Source of the DNA: an uncultured Acidimicrobiaceae bacterium | Lineage (GTDB): Bacteria > Actinomycetota > Acidimicrobiia > Acidimicrobiales > RAAP-2 | NCBI GenBank assembly: GCA_964457065.1 | Contig: CAYWDQ010000005.1 | Coordinates: 41 to 64,040 of the forward strand | DNA length: 64,000 bases | Direction of reading: 5' to 3' | Shown: piece by piece, positions 26,065 to 36,186 of the stretch | How positions within the stretch are numbered: the stretch's first letter is position 1 | Layout of the letters: the number at the start of each line of letters is the position of its first letter | Notes under the pieces: generated by a model | Seen by the model: only the letters and a program-made list of their open reading frames with translations | The model's database searches: none | Told to the model about the DNA's origin: nothing | Position numbers and translations under genes: made by a program

Positions 26065-27063
26065 TCACCGGTCGTCGAGACGCCCGACGGCGCGAAACCA
26101 CTCGAGGGTGCGCCCGAGACCCTCGTCGAGGCTGATGGGGTCGTAGCCCAACCGCTTGTACGTCTTCGTTTCGGTGAGGCTCTTCCGCGGCGTACTCTTG
26201 CGCGCCGCCTTCTTCGCGATGGCCACCAGCGTCGGCCCGAAGACCTGCTCCACTTCGGGGTCGTCGGACGGCTCGATGTCCTCGACTACGCGGTCGAGAC
26301 CTGCCAGCCGGCACATGCGCGTCGCCGCGTTGGCGATGCTGACGATGTCCTCGGGCCGGCCGTCGAGCATGTACCGCTCCCCCGCCACCCCCTTGTCGAG
26401 GGCCAGGATGCAGCCCCGGGCGATGTCGTCGGCGAAGACCCAGCTGACCGGGAATTTCAGATAGCGCTCAATGCGACCGCGGGCCGCCGAGAGCAGCACC
26501 CGGTTGAAGCTCGTCGTGCCGAGCGCGTTGCTCACCACGGGCGACGGGCCGAAGATCGCTCCCGGATGCGTGCTCACGACATCCCGGCCCGCCGCGGCGC
26601 GGGACATGGCGTCGATGAAGGCCGCCATCTTGGTGATCGTGTAGGGGTCCGAGCTCGGCTCTTTGGTGACCGGAGCGTCCTCGCGGTCGAGTCCCCCGTC
26701 GGTGTCGAAGAACGTCCCCGTGCTCACCGCGACCACTCGTCCCAGGCCGACGGCCTCCGCCGCGTCGAGCACGTTCTTGGTGCCGCCGATGTTGACCGCC
26801 TCGAAGGCGGCCAGGTTCTGACTGGCGCCGCCCAGGAGCGCGGCACAGTGGATCGCCGCATCGCTGCCCGTGGCCGCCCGCAGCACCGCGTCGGGATCGG
26901 TCACGTCGCCCGTGACGATCTCGACACCGAGCGCGGCGAGCGGCGCCGTGTCCGCGGTGTCCCGGGCCAGCGCACGCACTGCGTCGCCCCTCTCTGTCAA
27001 CAGCTTGCAGATGTTGGCGCCGGCGAGCCCGGTGGCTCCGGTCACCAGGACCGTCTGCGTCAT
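26065..27063 (-). CDS. Extended-SDR NAD-dependent epimerase/dehydratase family protein
   Basis: MTQTVLVTGATGLAGANICKLL. Start at ATG 27063; the 535-aa track ORF is an upstream read-through. Confidence 0.8.
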   Translation of the reverse strand: MTQTVLVTGATGLAGANICKLLTERGDAVRALARDTADTAPLAALGVEIVTGDVTDPDAVLRAATGSDAAIHCAALLGGASQNLAAFEAVNIGGTKNVLDAAEAVGLGRVVAVSTGTFFDTDGGLDREDAPVTKEPSSDPYTITKMAAFIDAMSRAAAGRDVVSTHPGAIFGPSPVVSNALGTTSFNRVLLSAARGRIERYLKFPVSWVFADDIARGCILALDKGVAGERYMLDGRPEDIVSIANAATRMCRLAGLDRVVEDIEPSDDPEVEQVFGPTLVAIAKKAARKSTPRKSLTETKTYKRLGYDPISLDEGLGRTLEWFRAVGRLDDR

Positions 27064-27653
27064 GCAGTCGCGTGGAGGGAAGGATCGGCGATCGCCGAGT
27101 CGACCTGATCGGCGCTGTAGGGGATGACCGGGGCGCCCTGGCCGAACAGGTCCAGCGTGTGGAGGAAGCGGTGGAGGCCCATGGAGTTGGCGCAGGCGAA
27201 CCCGAGCTCCACGATCTGTGCGGCGGTGAAGACCTCGCCCAGCTTCCGGTAGACCTCGTCGTCGATGGCGTGGTGGTCGGCCGAGAGCAGATCGAGGAAC
27301 TCCACGGCCAAGCGCTCCTGGTCGGTCAGGTCGGAATGGCCAGGCGCGATGAGACAGGCGACGTCCTCGTCCGAGATCGAGTCGTGCTTCCTCGACTGCA
27401 TGCACGGCTGGCACTCGCCGAGTTGGGCGCTGCGGATCCGCAGCAGCTCCAGGATCCTGCCGCCGAGGAGCGACTGCTGCCCCCAGGCGTGGCGGGCGGC
27501 ATCGGTCATCAGGATCTGCGACGTCTTGTACGCGAAGATCTGCAGGGGGATCGGGGTCGCATAGGTGCCGTCCGCCACCCCTTCCTCGATGATCCGCCGT
27601 GGCTCCGGCGCCAGCGCCTCCAGCGGAATCGGCTCGATCCTCGGCATGCACAC
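27060..27653 (-). CDS. Carboxymuconolactone decarboxylase (AhpD-like) family protein
   Basis: AhpD-like helical protein with a CxxC motif (LGECQPCMQSR). Its stop overlaps the downstream SDR start (ATGA). Confidence 0.65.
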   Translation of the reverse strand: MCMPRIEPIPLEALAPEPRRIIEEGVADGTYATPIPLQIFAYKTSQILMTDAARHAWGQQSLLGGRILELLRIRSAQLGECQPCMQSRKHDSISDEDVACLIAPGHSDLTDQERLAVEFLDLLSADHHAIDDEVYRKLGEVFTAAQIVELGFACANSMGLHRFLHTLDLFGQGAPVIPYSADQVDSAIADPSLHATA

Positions 27654-27723
27654 CCCCAGGCTCTCCCGGCACGGCCGGTGTCGATCTGCTCCTGCAGCGA
27701 CGGCCCTACTGTACTGTCACCCC

Positions 27724-28530
27724 GTGCCCATCGACCCCTCCGCCATCCTGCTCACCGACCGCGTGGCCGTCGTGACCGGGGGCGGCTCCGGGATCGGCCG
27801 GGGCATCGCCCGGGGGTTCGCCGCCCTCGGGGCCAGGGTCGCCATCTGGGAGCGTCACGCGGACACGGCGGCGGCGGCGGCCGAAGAGGTCGGCGGCATC
27901 GGCATCACCATCGACGTCCGCGAGTCGGCCGAGGTGGACCTGGCCCTCGAGCAGACCGTGGCCGAACTGGGACAGGTGAGCATCCTGGTGAACAACGCCG
28001 GCGGTGTCTTCTCCTCCCCGCTCCTCGAGACCTCCGAGAACGGCTGGGACGCCCTCTACCGTTCCAACCTCAAGCACGTCATATTGTGCACGCAGCGGGT
28101 CGCCCGCGGGATGGTCGCGCACGGGATCGAGGGGAGCATCATCAGCGTGACCTCCATCGAAGGGGTGCGTGCTGCGCCCGGGTATGCCGCCTACGCCGCC
28201 GCGAAGGCAGGCGTGATCAACTACACCAAGACCGCCGCCCTGGAGCTGGCACCGCACGGCATCCGGGTGAACGCGCTGGCCCCGGACATCACCATGACCG
28301 AGGGCCTCGCCGCCGTGGCTCCCCCCGGGGGCGAGGAGCGCCTCGGCTTCACGGTGCCGATGGGCCGGGCCGGCCACGTGGACGAGATGGCGGGCGCAGC
28401 GGTGTTCCTCGCCAGCGAGCTCTCCAGCTACGTCACCGGTCAGACCATTCACGTCGACGGCGGGACCCACGCCGCGAGCGGGTGGTACCACCATCCCGAG
28501 ACGGGCGAGTACGTCCTCGGGCCGAGGTAG
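27724..28530 (+). CDS. Classical SDR oxidoreductase (FabG-like)
   Basis: VAVVTGGGSGIGRGIA, NNAG and YAAAKAG. Start set at GTG 27724. Confidence 0.85.
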   Translation: MPIDPSAILLTDRVAVVTGGGSGIGRGIARGFAALGARVAIWERHADTAAAAAEEVGGIGITIDVRESAEVDLALEQTVAELGQVSILVNNAGGVFSSPLLETSENGWDALYRSNLKHVILCTQRVARGMVAHGIEGSIISVTSIEGVRAAPGYAAYAAAKAGVINYTKTAALELAPHGIRVNALAPDITMTEGLAAVAPPGGEERLGFTVPMGRAGHVDEMAGAAVFLASELSSYVTGQTIHVDGGTHAASGWYHHPETGEYVLGPR

Positions 28531-28543
28531 CCGGGGATCGCGC

Positions 28544-29332
28544 TCAGTCGTCCCCGCCGAGCCCGACGTGGGCCGACATCCCCCCGTCGACGGCGATCAT
28601 CTGGCCTGTGATGTAGCGGGACTCGTCCGAGGCCAGGAACACGACGACGCCGGCGATGTCGTCGGGCTGCCCCACGTACGGGGTCAACGTCGCCTTGCCG
28701 AGCCCGGCCAGCATTTTGGCGTCCAGGTGGGAGCGCACGGCATCGGTGATCACGAGGCCGGGCAGGATCGTGTTGACCCTGATCCCCTGCTTCCCGTGGC
28801 TGGTGGCCACGTACATCGTGAGTGCGTTCACCCCCGCCTTCGAGACCCCGTAGGCGGTCCGGGTGCGATCACCCTTGAGGGACGCACCCGACGACATGTT
28901 GATGATGGACCCACCGCCGCCCCGCACCATGACGGGGACGGCGTGCTTGCAGGTGAGCATCTGGCTCCGCAGGTTCACGGCCATGGTGCGCTCCCAGACA
29001 TCGAGCGACAGGTCGGGCACCGCGGTGTCCCGGGTCAGGAAGTCCGAGTCCGTGAGCGCCGCATTGTTGTGGAGCACGTCGAGACGGCCGAACCGGGACA
29101 GGGCGAAGGCGACTGCGGCTGCGACCTCGGTCTCCTCGGACAGGTCGGCCCGGAATGTGGCGGCGGCACCACCGGCGGCGGCGATGGCCTCCACCACGCG
29201 TGCCGCCGCCGCCTCGTCGACGTCGACCACGACGACCGAGGCGCCCTCCCGGGCCAGGGCACGGGCCGACGCTCCTCCGATGCCACCGCCGCCGCCGGTG
29301 ACGACGGCGACCCTGTCGATGAGACGTCCCAT
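28544..29332 (-). CDS. Classical SDR oxidoreductase
   Basis: VAVVTGGGGGIGGASA, HNNAA and YGVSKAG. Confidence 0.85.
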   Translation of the reverse strand: MGRLIDRVAVVTGGGGGIGGASARALAREGASVVVVDVDEAAAARVVEAIAAAGGAAATFRADLSEETEVAAAVAFALSRFGRLDVLHNNAALTDSDFLTRDTAVPDLSLDVWERTMAVNLRSQMLTCKHAVPVMVRGGGGSIINMSSGASLKGDRTRTAYGVSKAGVNALTMYVATSHGKQGIRVNTILPGLVITDAVRSHLDAKMLAGLGKATLTPYVGQPDDIAGVVVFLASDESRYITGQMIAVDGGMSAHVGLGGDD

Positions 29333-29371
29333 GATGTCCTCGTTCTTCCTACGGCCTTCTGGTGCCCGACC

Positions 29372-30961
29372 CTACGGGCGCTCGATGATCATCCCCTGGA
29401 ACGGTGCCAGCCGCAGCGGTCCCGGCACGACCTCGTGCGCCCGGGCACGTCGGGTGCAGACCCTGACCGTGCCGTCCACACCGTCCAGCCCGGCCTCGCC
29501 GGGGGACATGTTGAGGACCACGACATGGTGAGGGCCGCGCGCCCAGGCCCAGACCCCCTCGGGTGCGGGAAGCGACACGTAGTCACCCCCGCTGAACTCC
29601 GGGCGCGCCCGCCGGAAGGCGATCAGTTCCCGGCAGAGTGCCAGGACCGAGTCCGGATCCTCCCGCTGCGCCGTCACGTTGGCGGCCGCCACGTCACCGA
29701 GCGGGAGCCACGGTCGCCCCGCGCCGGTGAAACCCCCGCCGGGCGTGTCGCTCCACTGCATCGGGGTCCGGCCCGCATCGCGCCCCTCGTAGTACGGGTA
29801 GAAGCGCACCCCCAGGGGATCCCGCAGATCATCGCGGGCCACGGCGACATTCGGCATGCCGATCTCGTCGCCCTGGTAGAGCACCGGCGTGCCACGCAGG
29901 CTGAACAGCATGAGGAGGGCCAGGCGGACCCGGCGCGGATCGTCCTCGGCCCAGCGGGTCGGGAAGCGGAACATGTCGTGGTTGGAGCCCGTCCAGGCTG
30001 GCCACGCGCCCGGCGGGAGCGTCGCCTCGGTCTCTTCCACGACGGCCCGCATTCCGGGCGCGTTGAAGGTTGCGTTGATGAAGTCGAAATTGAAGGCCAG
30101 CCCGAGCTCGTCCGCTCCGTCGCCGTAGTAGGCGGCCAGCGCGTCCACGGGGACCGGCGTCTCTCCGATCAGCAGCCGGGGCTCGTCGTAGCCGTCAGCC
30201 AGACGCCGCCAACGGCGGATCACTTCGTGCACCTCGGGGCGGTTGGCGTTGTACACGCTGCGCTGCCCGAACATCTGGGTCTCGAAGTCGTCCTCCTCGG
30301 TGGCCGGCGGGTTGTCCCGGAGCTCGGCGTCCTTGATGATGATGTTGCAGACGTCGATACGGAACCCGGCGACGCCTCGGTCGGACCAGAAGCGGAAGAT
30401 GCCGTCGAACGTGACGCGGACGTCCTCGTTCCACCAGTTGAGGTCCGGTTGCTCCTGTAGGTGGTTGTGGAGGTAGTACTGGCCCGTCAGCTCGTCGAAC
30501 GTCCACCCCGGCCCGCCGAAGCTGCTGACCCAGTTGTTCGGTGGCTCCCCACCCTCCTTGCCGTCGGCCCAGACGTACCAGTCCCGACGGGCCGCCCGGC
30601 GCGACGACCGGGCGTCGAGGAACCACGGGTGCTGGTCACTGGTGTGGTTGGGCACGATGTCCATGAGGACACGGATGTCTCGCCTCCCCGCCTCCGCGAC
30701 GAGGCGGTCGAAGTCGTCGAGCGTGCCGAACTCGGGCGCGACGGCGCAGAAGTCGGAGACGTCGTAGCCCCAGTCCGCATTGGGGGACACGGTGACGGGC
30801 GAGAGCCAGATGCCGTCGACGCCGAGCCAGGCCAGGTGGTCCAGGTGCTCGATGATGCCCGGGATGTCGCCCACGCCGTCCGCGTTGGAGTCGGCGAAGG
30901 ACCGCGGATAGATCTGATACAGGACACCCGTCTTCCACCACGGGCCGGCGGCGGGACCCAC
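29372..30961 (-). CDS. GH13 alpha-glucosidase / oligo-1,6-glucosidase-like
   Basis: WWKTGVLYQIYPRSFADSNADGVGD, GVDGIWLSP, VLMDIVPNHTS and GFRIDV. Start set at GTG 30961, 2 nt after the upstream stop. Confidence 0.85.
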   Translation of the reverse strand: MGPAAGPWWKTGVLYQIYPRSFADSNADGVGDIPGIIEHLDHLAWLGVDGIWLSPVTVSPNADWGYDVSDFCAVAPEFGTLDDFDRLVAEAGRRDIRVLMDIVPNHTSDQHPWFLDARSSRRAARRDWYVWADGKEGGEPPNNWVSSFGGPGWTFDELTGQYYLHNHLQEQPDLNWWNEDVRVTFDGIFRFWSDRGVAGFRIDVCNIIIKDAELRDNPPATEEDDFETQMFGQRSVYNANRPEVHEVIRRWRRLADGYDEPRLLIGETPVPVDALAAYYGDGADELGLAFNFDFINATFNAPGMRAVVEETEATLPPGAWPAWTGSNHDMFRFPTRWAEDDPRRVRLALLMLFSLRGTPVLYQGDEIGMPNVAVARDDLRDPLGVRFYPYYEGRDAGRTPMQWSDTPGGGFTGAGRPWLPLGDVAAANVTAQREDPDSVLALCRELIAFRRARPEFSGGDYVSLPAPEGVWAWARGPHHVVVLNMSPGEAGLDGVDGTVRVCTRRARAHEVVPGPLRLAPFQGMIIERP

Positions 30962-30963
30962 GC

Positions 30964-31872
30964 CTAGGTCGTCAGTGCTCCGGACGCCGCGTTGCGCCAG
31001 GGCGAGAGGTCGAGCAGCGGGTAGCGGGCGGCCACGCCGGCCAGCGTCTCCGCGGTCCAGTACGGGTGCCCCGGCGGGGGGAACCCCAGCACGGTCAGCT
31101 GCCGCTCGTTCGTGCGCTGCACGAAGCGGTGCCACGAGAGGTCCTCGCCGGCATTGGGCAACCCGAACGAGCCCAGCCAATCTGTGGCGGCCGGCTTGTA
31201 GGACACGTGCAGCATGAACCGCGCCGCCCCCGGTGCCGTCATGCGCACGCCGCGGTGGTAGACGTCCGGGCGGTAGGCCAGGACGGAGCCGGCGGGGCCC
31301 GACGCAGGGACCTCTGCCGCGTAGAGGTCGGCGTACTCCTCGGGGCTCAGGTACGTCCGCTCCACCGGGATGCCGGCTGTCAGCTGGCGTGACACGACCC
31401 GGGTGGCTGCCGTCTCGGGAGTCACGTCGCTCAGGTACACGAACATCTCGAGTTGCTGGTACCCCGGCTCGTGGCGGGGCACCACCAGGGTGTGGTTGGC
31501 GTAGTCGACGTGGAGGAGCTGCTCGTCGCTGGCCGCCGCCTCGGAGTACTTGGCACTCAGCATGGCCTGGTACATCCGCGGGTCGGTGATCCCGAGTAGC
31601 TGCTCGGCCAGGTCGATGATGCGGTCATGCACGACCAGGTCGTTGAGCGCCTCGTCGTCGAAGGGGAAGCGTGGCATGACGCGGTGTGAGTCCACCCGGA
31701 AGGGCTCGTTGCGGGCCGGGTCCGCGTCGGCCGCGAACTCCTCCGCCGTGGGGAACAGCGACGGCAACACCGCCTGGGCCGCCTCGATGGCATCAGGAGG
31801 CAGAAGGCCCTGGAGGAGGCACCACCCGTCGTCCTCCCACCGGGCCCGCTCCTCCTTCTCGATGACGCCCAT
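30964..31872 (-). CDS. Phytanoyl-CoA dioxygenase (PhyH) family protein
   Basis: LLHVDYANH (H-x-D) and distal VYHRGVRMT...ARFML. Confidence 0.65.
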   Translation of the reverse strand: MGVIEKEERARWEDDGWCLLQGLLPPDAIEAAQAVLPSLFPTAEEFAADADPARNEPFRVDSHRVMPRFPFDDEALNDLVVHDRIIDLAEQLLGITDPRMYQAMLSAKYSEAAASDEQLLHVDYANHTLVVPRHEPGYQQLEMFVYLSDVTPETAATRVVSRQLTAGIPVERTYLSPEEYADLYAAEVPASGPAGSVLAYRPDVYHRGVRMTAPGAARFMLHVSYKPAATDWLGSFGLPNAGEDLSWHRFVQRTNERQLTVLGFPPPGHPYWTAETLAGVAARYPLLDLSPWRNAASGALTT

Positions 31873-31888
31873 CAGCCGGTCACGCCCC

Positions 31889-33337
31889 TCAGCCGACCCC
31901 GGGCAGCGGCTTCCACGTCTGCACTTGGTGCCAGCAGACCCCCTGGGGCGGGAGGTTGCCGAGCGGCAGGTGGCACATGGCGGTCGGCGGATGGTTGTCG
32001 TGCAGGCTGACCACCTGGTACTTGACCGGTCCGTAGAACTTGTCCGGCCCGTAGCTCAGGACCGGCGAGTAGCCCCCGTTGAAGCCGGTGATCCTCGACA
32101 TCGCCTCGACGAAGGTGCGCCGGTTCAGGTCCTTTCCGGCCATGGTGGCGGCCTGGGCGAAGAGGTGGATCTCCTGGCACCAACCCTGGACCGGGCCCTG
32201 CTCTTCGATGTCGTCGTTCATGTTCCCCTTGGGGACCTCCGGGTAAGCCTTGTGCCAGATGTCCCAGCAGTCCCGCACGCCGGGGTCGTACCCTCCATCG
32301 GCCTGCGGGCGGTCGTCGTCCACGCCGCCCAGCGTCTCGGTCGTCACGCCTTCCTGACCGTTGAGCGCCTTGTCGTAGGGGACCGGGATCAGGCCCAGGG
32401 CAGATTCGATGGACTCCTCGTAGTCGGACAGCAACAGGCGCGGGAAGTATTCCTGGCTGGTCTGGGCGGACAGGATGGGGAAGAAGGCGTTGAACGGCAG
32501 CAGCGGGATCACCGAAGTCACGCCGGCCGCCTTGAACCGATCGACCGCCAGTGGCGCCGCGCTGCCGGTGGCCGCCGACTCGCTCGGCTCGGACGGGATC
32601 GTGACGACGATCGGGGTGACGCCGATCTTCTTGAGGTCGGGCAGGAGATACTGCTTCAACGCCAGCTGGTCGCTCGGGCGGTCCCCGGCCAGCACACCCA
32701 CCTTGCGGGAACCTCCGAGCAGGCCGCTGCTGTGCCCCCACGAGACCGTCGCCTGCAAGATGGCGGCGTCATCCGTGCCGGTCCACCACAGGTAGGGTGA
32801 TCCCTCCGTCGTCCAGTTGGACACGGTGGTCCACTGACTGAGCATCGGGGTGTGGCCCTCCTGGGTGACGCACAGCTCGTTGTCGCCGGTGTAGGTGCCC
32901 ACGCCGTCGAGCACGGCGAAGATCGGCTGGCTCCCCTGGGTCCAGTCCTTGCACAGGGCGCGCATGGAGGACTCGCTGGCCGGGTCGAAGTAGGAGATGA
33001 TCGGGTTGATCGTGCGGCCGTCGATGCCGCCGGACCGGTTGATCTGGCCGACGAACAGGTCGATGGCCTTCACCTGCTCGGTGTACTCGACGTCGCCGGC
33101 GAAGCCGTAGGTGCTGGCGAGCGCCTGGAGGTTCACCACCGGGAACGCCACGTTGATGGAGTGCGCGGTCACCCCCCGCGCGCTCGTGCTCGCCTGGGTC
33201 ACCGGGGTGATCCCCGAGGAGGCGCCTGCGGCGCCCAACGGCAGGCAACCGGCGACCGCCACCAACGCCGCGCCGAGCGTGACGAGCGCCGTGGCGCGGG
33301 TGCTCCGTCTCCGCCGTCGCGGTGCCCTCGTCGTCAT
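31889..33337 (-). CDS. Type-1 periplasmic-binding-fold ABC substrate-binding lipoprotein (Leu/Ile/Val-binding-like)
   Basis: Signal peptide plus lipobox (MTTRAPRRRRR...LVAVAGC). The body is typical of Peripla_BP_6-type binding proteins. Start set at ATG 33337. Confidence 0.7.
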   Translation of the reverse strand: MTTRAPRRRRRSTRATALVTLGAALVAVAGCLPLGAAGASSGITPVTQASTSARGVTAHSINVAFPVVNLQALASTYGFAGDVEYTEQVKAIDLFVGQINRSGGIDGRTINPIISYFDPASESSMRALCKDWTQGSQPIFAVLDGVGTYTGDNELCVTQEGHTPMLSQWTTVSNWTTEGSPYLWWTGTDDAAILQATVSWGHSSGLLGGSRKVGVLAGDRPSDQLALKQYLLPDLKKIGVTPIVVTIPSEPSESAATGSAAPLAVDRFKAAGVTSVIPLLPFNAFFPILSAQTSQEYFPRLLLSDYEESIESALGLIPVPYDKALNGQEGVTTETLGGVDDDRPQADGGYDPGVRDCWDIWHKAYPEVPKGNMNDDIEEQGPVQGWCQEIHLFAQAATMAGKDLNRRTFVEAMSRITGFNGGYSPVLSYGPDKFYGPVKYQVVSLHDNHPPTAMCHLPLGNLPPQGVCWHQVQTWKPLPGVG

Positions 33338-33566
33338 GCGTGCCTCCCCCGGATCCCCGATGCGGCGGAAGCTTGCCATATCGGCCGCGTGAAGGGGGCT
33401 CGGCGCGTATGCCCCGGGGACCATCCGGGTGCTAGCACGAGAGGCGGCGGCGGGGTACCCACCTTGGTGGCGCCCGGCCGCTCCGCGACACTTGGATGGG
33501 AGCGGCCGGGCCGCGGGGGTCGTGCGGTCCCACGAGGCGCTCTGGAGCACGAGGAGGAGGGTCGGG

Positions 33567-36098
33567 TTGATCCGAGCGGTGGTGCGCGAGTCCTCCTACC
33601 GGTTCCGGGCCACCTTCCGGCGCCGCTGGGCCGGGTACCTCACGCTCGTCGTGCTCATCGGCCTGGTGGGAGGCGTCGCCCTGGCGGCCGTGGCCGGGGC
33701 ACGGCGCACGCAGTCCTCGTTCCCCACCTACCTGGCGAGCACCCATCCGTCGGACGTGCAGATGTTCACGGAGTTCGATCCCATCACGAACACGGGGTAC
33801 TCGGAGAAGGTGACCCAGGCCGTGGCGCGGGTCCACTACGTGAGGCAAGCCGTCGACGTCATCGGCTTCGACGGCACCCTGCAGTTCCTGGGGCACAGCC
33901 GTTCGGCCGGCATCGCGGGCGAGGCACCGCCCGCCCTCGAGGGCAGCACCAACGCCGACGGTGGTGAGTATTTCTCCACGGACCGTGCCACCGTGGTGCA
34001 GGGCCGGATGGCGGACCCCGGACGCATGGACGAGATCGTCATGTCGTCGGGGGCCGCCGCACACTTCGGGCTCCGCCTCGGGTCCACCCTGCGCGCGGCC
34101 TTCTTCACCGACGCCCAGGTGAGCGAGCCGAACTTCGCCGGTTACCCCAAGGACACGCCCTACCTCATCGTCCCGTTCAAGCTCGTCGGCATCGTCGAGT
34201 GGAGCCCCCAGGTCGTCCAGGACGACGACGCCGCGCTCGGCAACCAGCTCGCGGTCGTCACCCCCGCGCTGACCCGGCGGCTCGCGACGTGCTGTGCCTA
34301 CTACTCCTACGTCTCGCTCCACCTCGACGGCGGGACGGCCCACGAGGCCGCCGTGGAATCCGCCATCGACAAGGTCATCCCCAACCTCGGCCCGGCCGGG
34401 GGATCCTCCACCTGGGCCCCCTACGTCGCCAAGGCCGAGCGCGCCATCCGGCCCGAAGCCATTGCCCTGGGCGTCTTCGGGCTCATCGCGGCCCTCGCCG
34501 CCCTCGTCATCAACGGCCAGGTGATCAGCCGCCTGGTCCGGCGGAACGCCGAGGAGGGTGCGGTGGTACGCGCCCTGGGGGCCGGGCCGGCCATGGCGAT
34601 GGCCGACGGGCTCCTCGGCGTCGTGGGCGCCATCCTGGCGGGGTCGCTCCTGGCGGTGGCGGTCGCCGTGGCGCTGTCCCCGCTGGCCCCGATCGGACCG
34701 GTCCGGCCCGTCTACCCCGACATCGGCGTGGCCTTCGACTGGACCGTCCTCGGGCTCGGGCTCCTCGTGTTCGTCGTGCTGCTGACGGCTGCCGCGCTGG
34801 TCACGGCCTACCGGGTGGCGCCGCACCGGTTGGCCCAGAGGGCGGCCTCGCCCGACCGCGAGGCGGTGTGGAGCCGGGCTGCCGCCTCGGCCGGCCTGTC
34901 ACCGAGCGCCGTGCTGGGCATCCGATCGGCGCTGGGAGGTCGATCGGGCCGTGACGCCGCACCGGTGCGCTCCGCGCTGCTCGGTGCGGTGGTCGCCGTC
35001 ACCGTGATCGTCACCGCCCTCACCTTCGCATCGAGCCTCAACGCCCTGGTGTCGCAGCCGGCGCTCTACGGCTGGAACTGGAACTACGCCCTGCTGGCCG
35101 GCTTCTCGGCCGCGGAGAACCTGCCGGCGGCCGAGACGGCCACGTTGCTCGACCACGATCCCGACGTGGCCCGCTGGGCCGGTGCGTACTTCGAGGGGGT
35201 CAACCTGGACGGGCAGTCGGTGCCCGTGCTGGCCTTGAGCCCCGGGGCCGCGGTGAGCCCCTCCATGCTGTCGGGGCACGCGTTGGCTGCGCCGTCACAG
35301 GTCGTGCTCGGCCCGGCGACCCTCGCCTCGCTGCACGCACACGTCGGTGACACGGTCATCGCCGACACGGACACGCACGGGCATGTCCATCTCCGCATCG
35401 TCGGAACGGCGACCCTGCCCACCATCGGCGGGTCCGGATCACCCAGCCTCGCGATGGGCACCGGGGCGGTGATGGCCCCGTCGCTGTTCTCGGCCACCGA
35501 CCTCAACGAGCAGGGCAGCGCGGTCTCGGGCCCGATGGCGGTGTTCATCGCCGTCCGACCCGGCGTCAGCCAGGCCGCCGCTCTCGCGTCGCTCGACCAC
35601 ATCACGGCGGTGCTCGACCGCCCGTCCGACCCCGACGCGCCGATCGGTGGAGTGGTCAGCGCGTTGCGACCGGCCGAGATCGCCAACTACCGAACCGTCG
35701 GTGCGACCCCCGCACTCCTCGCCGCCATCCTGGCCGCCGGCGCGATCGGTGCGCTCGGGCTCACGCTCGTGGCGTCGGTCCGCCGGCGCCGGCGGCAGTT
35801 CGCATTGTTGAAGGCGCTGGGATTCACCTCGCGACAGCTCGCCGCCTCGGTGGCGTGGCAGTCCTCGGTGGCCGCCGTGGTCGGGGTGGTGCTCGGCGTC
35901 CCGATCGGCATCGCCCTGGGCCGCTGGTTGTGGACGGTGTTCGCCGACGGCATCTCTGCCGTCCCCCATCCGACCGTGCCCGTCCTGTCGATCGTGGCCG
36001 TGGCCTTGGGGGCCGTCGTCTTCGCCAACGTGGTCGCCCTCATCCCCGGGCGCGTCGCCGGCCGGACCCCCACGTCGGTGCTGCTGCGGGCGGAGTGA
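33567..36098 (+). CDS. FtsX-like ABC permease with duplicated FtsX domain
   Basis: YRFRATFRRRWAGYLTLVVLIGLVGGVALAAV at the N-terminus. Two TM bundles are each preceded by a large extracytoplasmic domain. The second FtsX block is ALLKALGFTSRQLAASVAWQS. Start set at TTG 33567 after AGGAGGAGG; the ORF opens at 33429. Confidence 0.8.
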   Translation: MIRAVVRESSYRFRATFRRRWAGYLTLVVLIGLVGGVALAAVAGARRTQSSFPTYLASTHPSDVQMFTEFDPITNTGYSEKVTQAVARVHYVRQAVDVIGFDGTLQFLGHSRSAGIAGEAPPALEGSTNADGGEYFSTDRATVVQGRMADPGRMDEIVMSSGAAAHFGLRLGSTLRAAFFTDAQVSEPNFAGYPKDTPYLIVPFKLVGIVEWSPQVVQDDDAALGNQLAVVTPALTRRLATCCAYYSYVSLHLDGGTAHEAAVESAIDKVIPNLGPAGGSSTWAPYVAKAERAIRPEAIALGVFGLIAALAALVINGQVISRLVRRNAEEGAVVRALGAGPAMAMADGLLGVVGAILAGSLLAVAVAVALSPLAPIGPVRPVYPDIGVAFDWTVLGLGLLVFVVLLTAAALVTAYRVAPHRLAQRAASPDREAVWSRAAASAGLSPSAVLGIRSALGGRSGRDAAPVRSALLGAVVAVTVIVTALTFASSLNALVSQPALYGWNWNYALLAGFSAAENLPAAETATLLDHDPDVARWAGAYFEGVNLDGQSVPVLALSPGAAVSPSMLSGHALAAPSQVVLGPATLASLHAHVGDTVIADTDTHGHVHLRIVGTATLPTIGGSGSPSLAMGTGAVMAPSLFSATDLNEQGSAVSGPMAVFIAVRPGVSQAAALASLDHITAVLDRPSDPDAPIGGVVSALRPAEIANYRTVGATPALLAAILAAGAIGALGLTLVASVRRRRRQFALLKALGFTSRQLAASVAWQSSVAAVVGVVLGVPIGIALGRWLWTVFADGISAVPHPTVPVLSIVAVALGAVVFANVVALIPGRVAGRTPTSVLLRAE

Positions 36099-36186
36099 CC
36101 CCGCGCCGGACGGCCGGCCCAGCTCACGGAGCCCGACTCAAGGTCGGTTGCGGTTCTCCCGATATCCCCATGTGGACACCCATGTC

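Noticed and set aside
26065-27672. 535-aa ORF suggesting a large N-terminal extension or fusion on the SDR
   Set aside because: The extension is Arg/Pro/Gly-rich and overlaps the CMD-family gene in another frame. The SDR fingerprint begins right after ATG 27063, which forms an ATGA junction with the CMD stop.
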